Of a DNA stretch of 64,000 nucleotides, positions 62,181 to 64,000 are shown one piece after another; the stretch's first letter is position 1; each line of letters opens with the position of its first letter. The notes under the pieces were generated by a model that saw nothing but the letters and a program-made list of their open reading frames with translations, did no database searches and was not told the DNA's origin. Source of the DNA: Felis catus (Eukaryota). The position numbers and the translations under genes were made by a program. The stretch covers positions 94,366,001-94,430,000 of the forward strand of contig NC_058368.1 of the NCBI RefSeq assembly GCF_018350175.1. The letters run 5' to 3'.

Positions 62181-64000
62181 TCATCTACCAACTTGGGCAA
62201 ACAGGAGGTCTCCAGGATTCACTCCAGCCCCTCATCGATTCTGATTTGTCCATTCGTGTGATGTAGCACTTGGGAAATACTTTAAATATTACGTTACTCC
62301 CATAAAGTTCATTCAGTGCTAATTGGTTGACTGAATTCCCAAGGTATATATAAAGATTTGTATATTAGTGATTCTGAGCCAGCTGCATGCTTAGAGTTCC
62401 ACCTTTATGTTTTACAAGCTGGTGAATCAGGAGGCACCAAATGCATCTACCTAGCTCCCCTCCCCTGGTGTCTAAGGAAAACCAGACCCTCAGAAGCTAT
62501 TGGCAGCATGCTGAAGGAGGTTCTTAGAGGCTAGAGGCCTTTGACATCCAGCCATGAAGGTCTCTGAATTCGTGATCTGTTGGGATGAGCCAAGGTGGAA
62601 TGAAGGTGTCTTTCAATGATAGGAGGAAGTCCTTCAAGGGACTGAAGAACTTTCTTGCAGAACAGAGGAGTCCTTGGTAACCTCGAGCAAACTGAGGATC
62701 TCAACTACAGAGCCATGCATAGGGTTCTCATTTCCTCCCATGCACTTTTTCTTCTCCTGTTTGTCAAGGGATTTCCAGCAATGGCCACATTTCAACTAAT
62801 TGTCACAAAGCATGGCTCGGATGTGTTTCAGCTTTCTTCTCTCCCTCCAGGACAGAATAACAGTTCCAGTGTTTGAATATCACTTCACAACTTTAACACT
62901 CACCACCGCCACCCCCTCCTGCCTGTTGGGGGGAAATTTTCCTTTCAAAATAAGGTTGGATCTAGGCCACATGGCGGATAGAACACCATCTACCCTTTGG
63001 GGTGGGGAGTGCAGGGCATAAGACGGAGGCGCCCTTGGGCATTTCAGTCAGGGACTTGAGCAATTCTTTAGGCCATTAGTTTTCAATGGTCTCCTTTTCA
63101 AGTTCAACAACAGCAGCTTCCTTCTTTTTTTCAAAATCCATTTTGAATAAAGAGTGCTATGCCATAAAATAAACAACTTTAAAAATTTCTGATACAGGAA
63201 AACACTCTCCTTCTCAGAGCCGAGAACTCTGCAGTTCCAAGGAGTTTGGGCCTTACTTGGACACCCACAGTTGTCTCCCCATGGCAAGGACAGCCTGGAT
63301 TCAAGTGGCCTCTTTCTCAGCCCCAGGCTCTTGCTCCTGCCCACCCCCCCCCCCACAACCCTGCCACCTTCAAATGAAGCTGGCCCTCCTCTTGTTTTCT
63401 CTCTCCTGCCCATTGGGAGACAAAATGTACTTTCAAAATAATGTCTCTGACCACAGAATCCTGAAAGGAGCTATGGCCACAGGAGGAGACAGCACGGGGA
63501 GTCCCAAGTCAGGAGACATCTGAGTGTAAACATCTGGACAGCTGTCTCGGGCTCTGCGCAATGGCAGCCTGACGTTTTGACAAGCCCTCTTGATCTCTTA
63601 TTACGCCCTCTGAGCCTCATGCTGAATTCTGTGGTGAGGCTTCTGTTTCTGTCATGTTGGAGGCTTGGAGGAGAGAGCAGAAGGAGACAAAGAGATCACA
63701 GAGCTTATGGCTGCTGTAGCTTTAGGCCATTCTAATGAATGGTGCCACCCTTCTCTTGGGTCCCAGCTCATCACTAGAGTATGGGTTCCTCACCTTCTGG
63801 CTGAGGGTAGCTGCAGGTTCTAACCAACCCCCATTGTCCCGGTGCATCAACACCCCATAGTATCTGGGAGCAGCCTGGAGGTATTTGGTAGTGTAACAAT
63901 CTTGGACACCGAAAGGCTGATGATCCTGCTCTTTTTTCCAACAGTGAGACTGTGAAAGGTGATATAAAATGGAGTCGCTCATGCTGGGGTGGGGTGGGGG

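Noticed and set aside
1..64000. tRNA genes, CRISPR arrays, operons or defence systems
   Set aside because: A/B-box sequences are all SINE heads; no spacer-separated repeats; eukaryotic intron and intergenic DNA

Overview
Mammalian genomic DNA, almost certainly felid given the abundant young SINEC_Fc-type CanSINEs. Bases 1-31 kb hold the 3' part of AP3S1 (AP-3 sigma3A) on the + strand: three phase-0 coding exons (6526-6597, 21011-21118, 30225-30353) and a 3' UTR ending near 30940. The last intron (21119-30224) is nearly repeat-free and contains two good candidate alternative exons (24210-24250, TFIFQSPRQDR*; 27043-27245, WNRCSRPAMVVLEYNNIDRNKLFLQ*) that would replace the sigma3A C-terminal tail or trigger NMD. 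Bases 31-64 kb are intergenic and repeat-rich. They contain a decayed ERV-L provirus and a full-length old L1 (about 38583-50300) with three nested L1 insertions, one a 5'-intact ORF1-only copy with a 12-bp TSD. A carnivore L1 at 59255-60925 appears to carry a 3' transduction. By recalled synteny this is probably DNA upstream of LVRN/Taqpep (the cat Tabby gene), but no LVRN exon is visible. I found no prokaryote-type system; nearly all listed ORFs are repeat-derived or chance. Repeat family names and many repeat boundaries are by-eye estimates, not database results.
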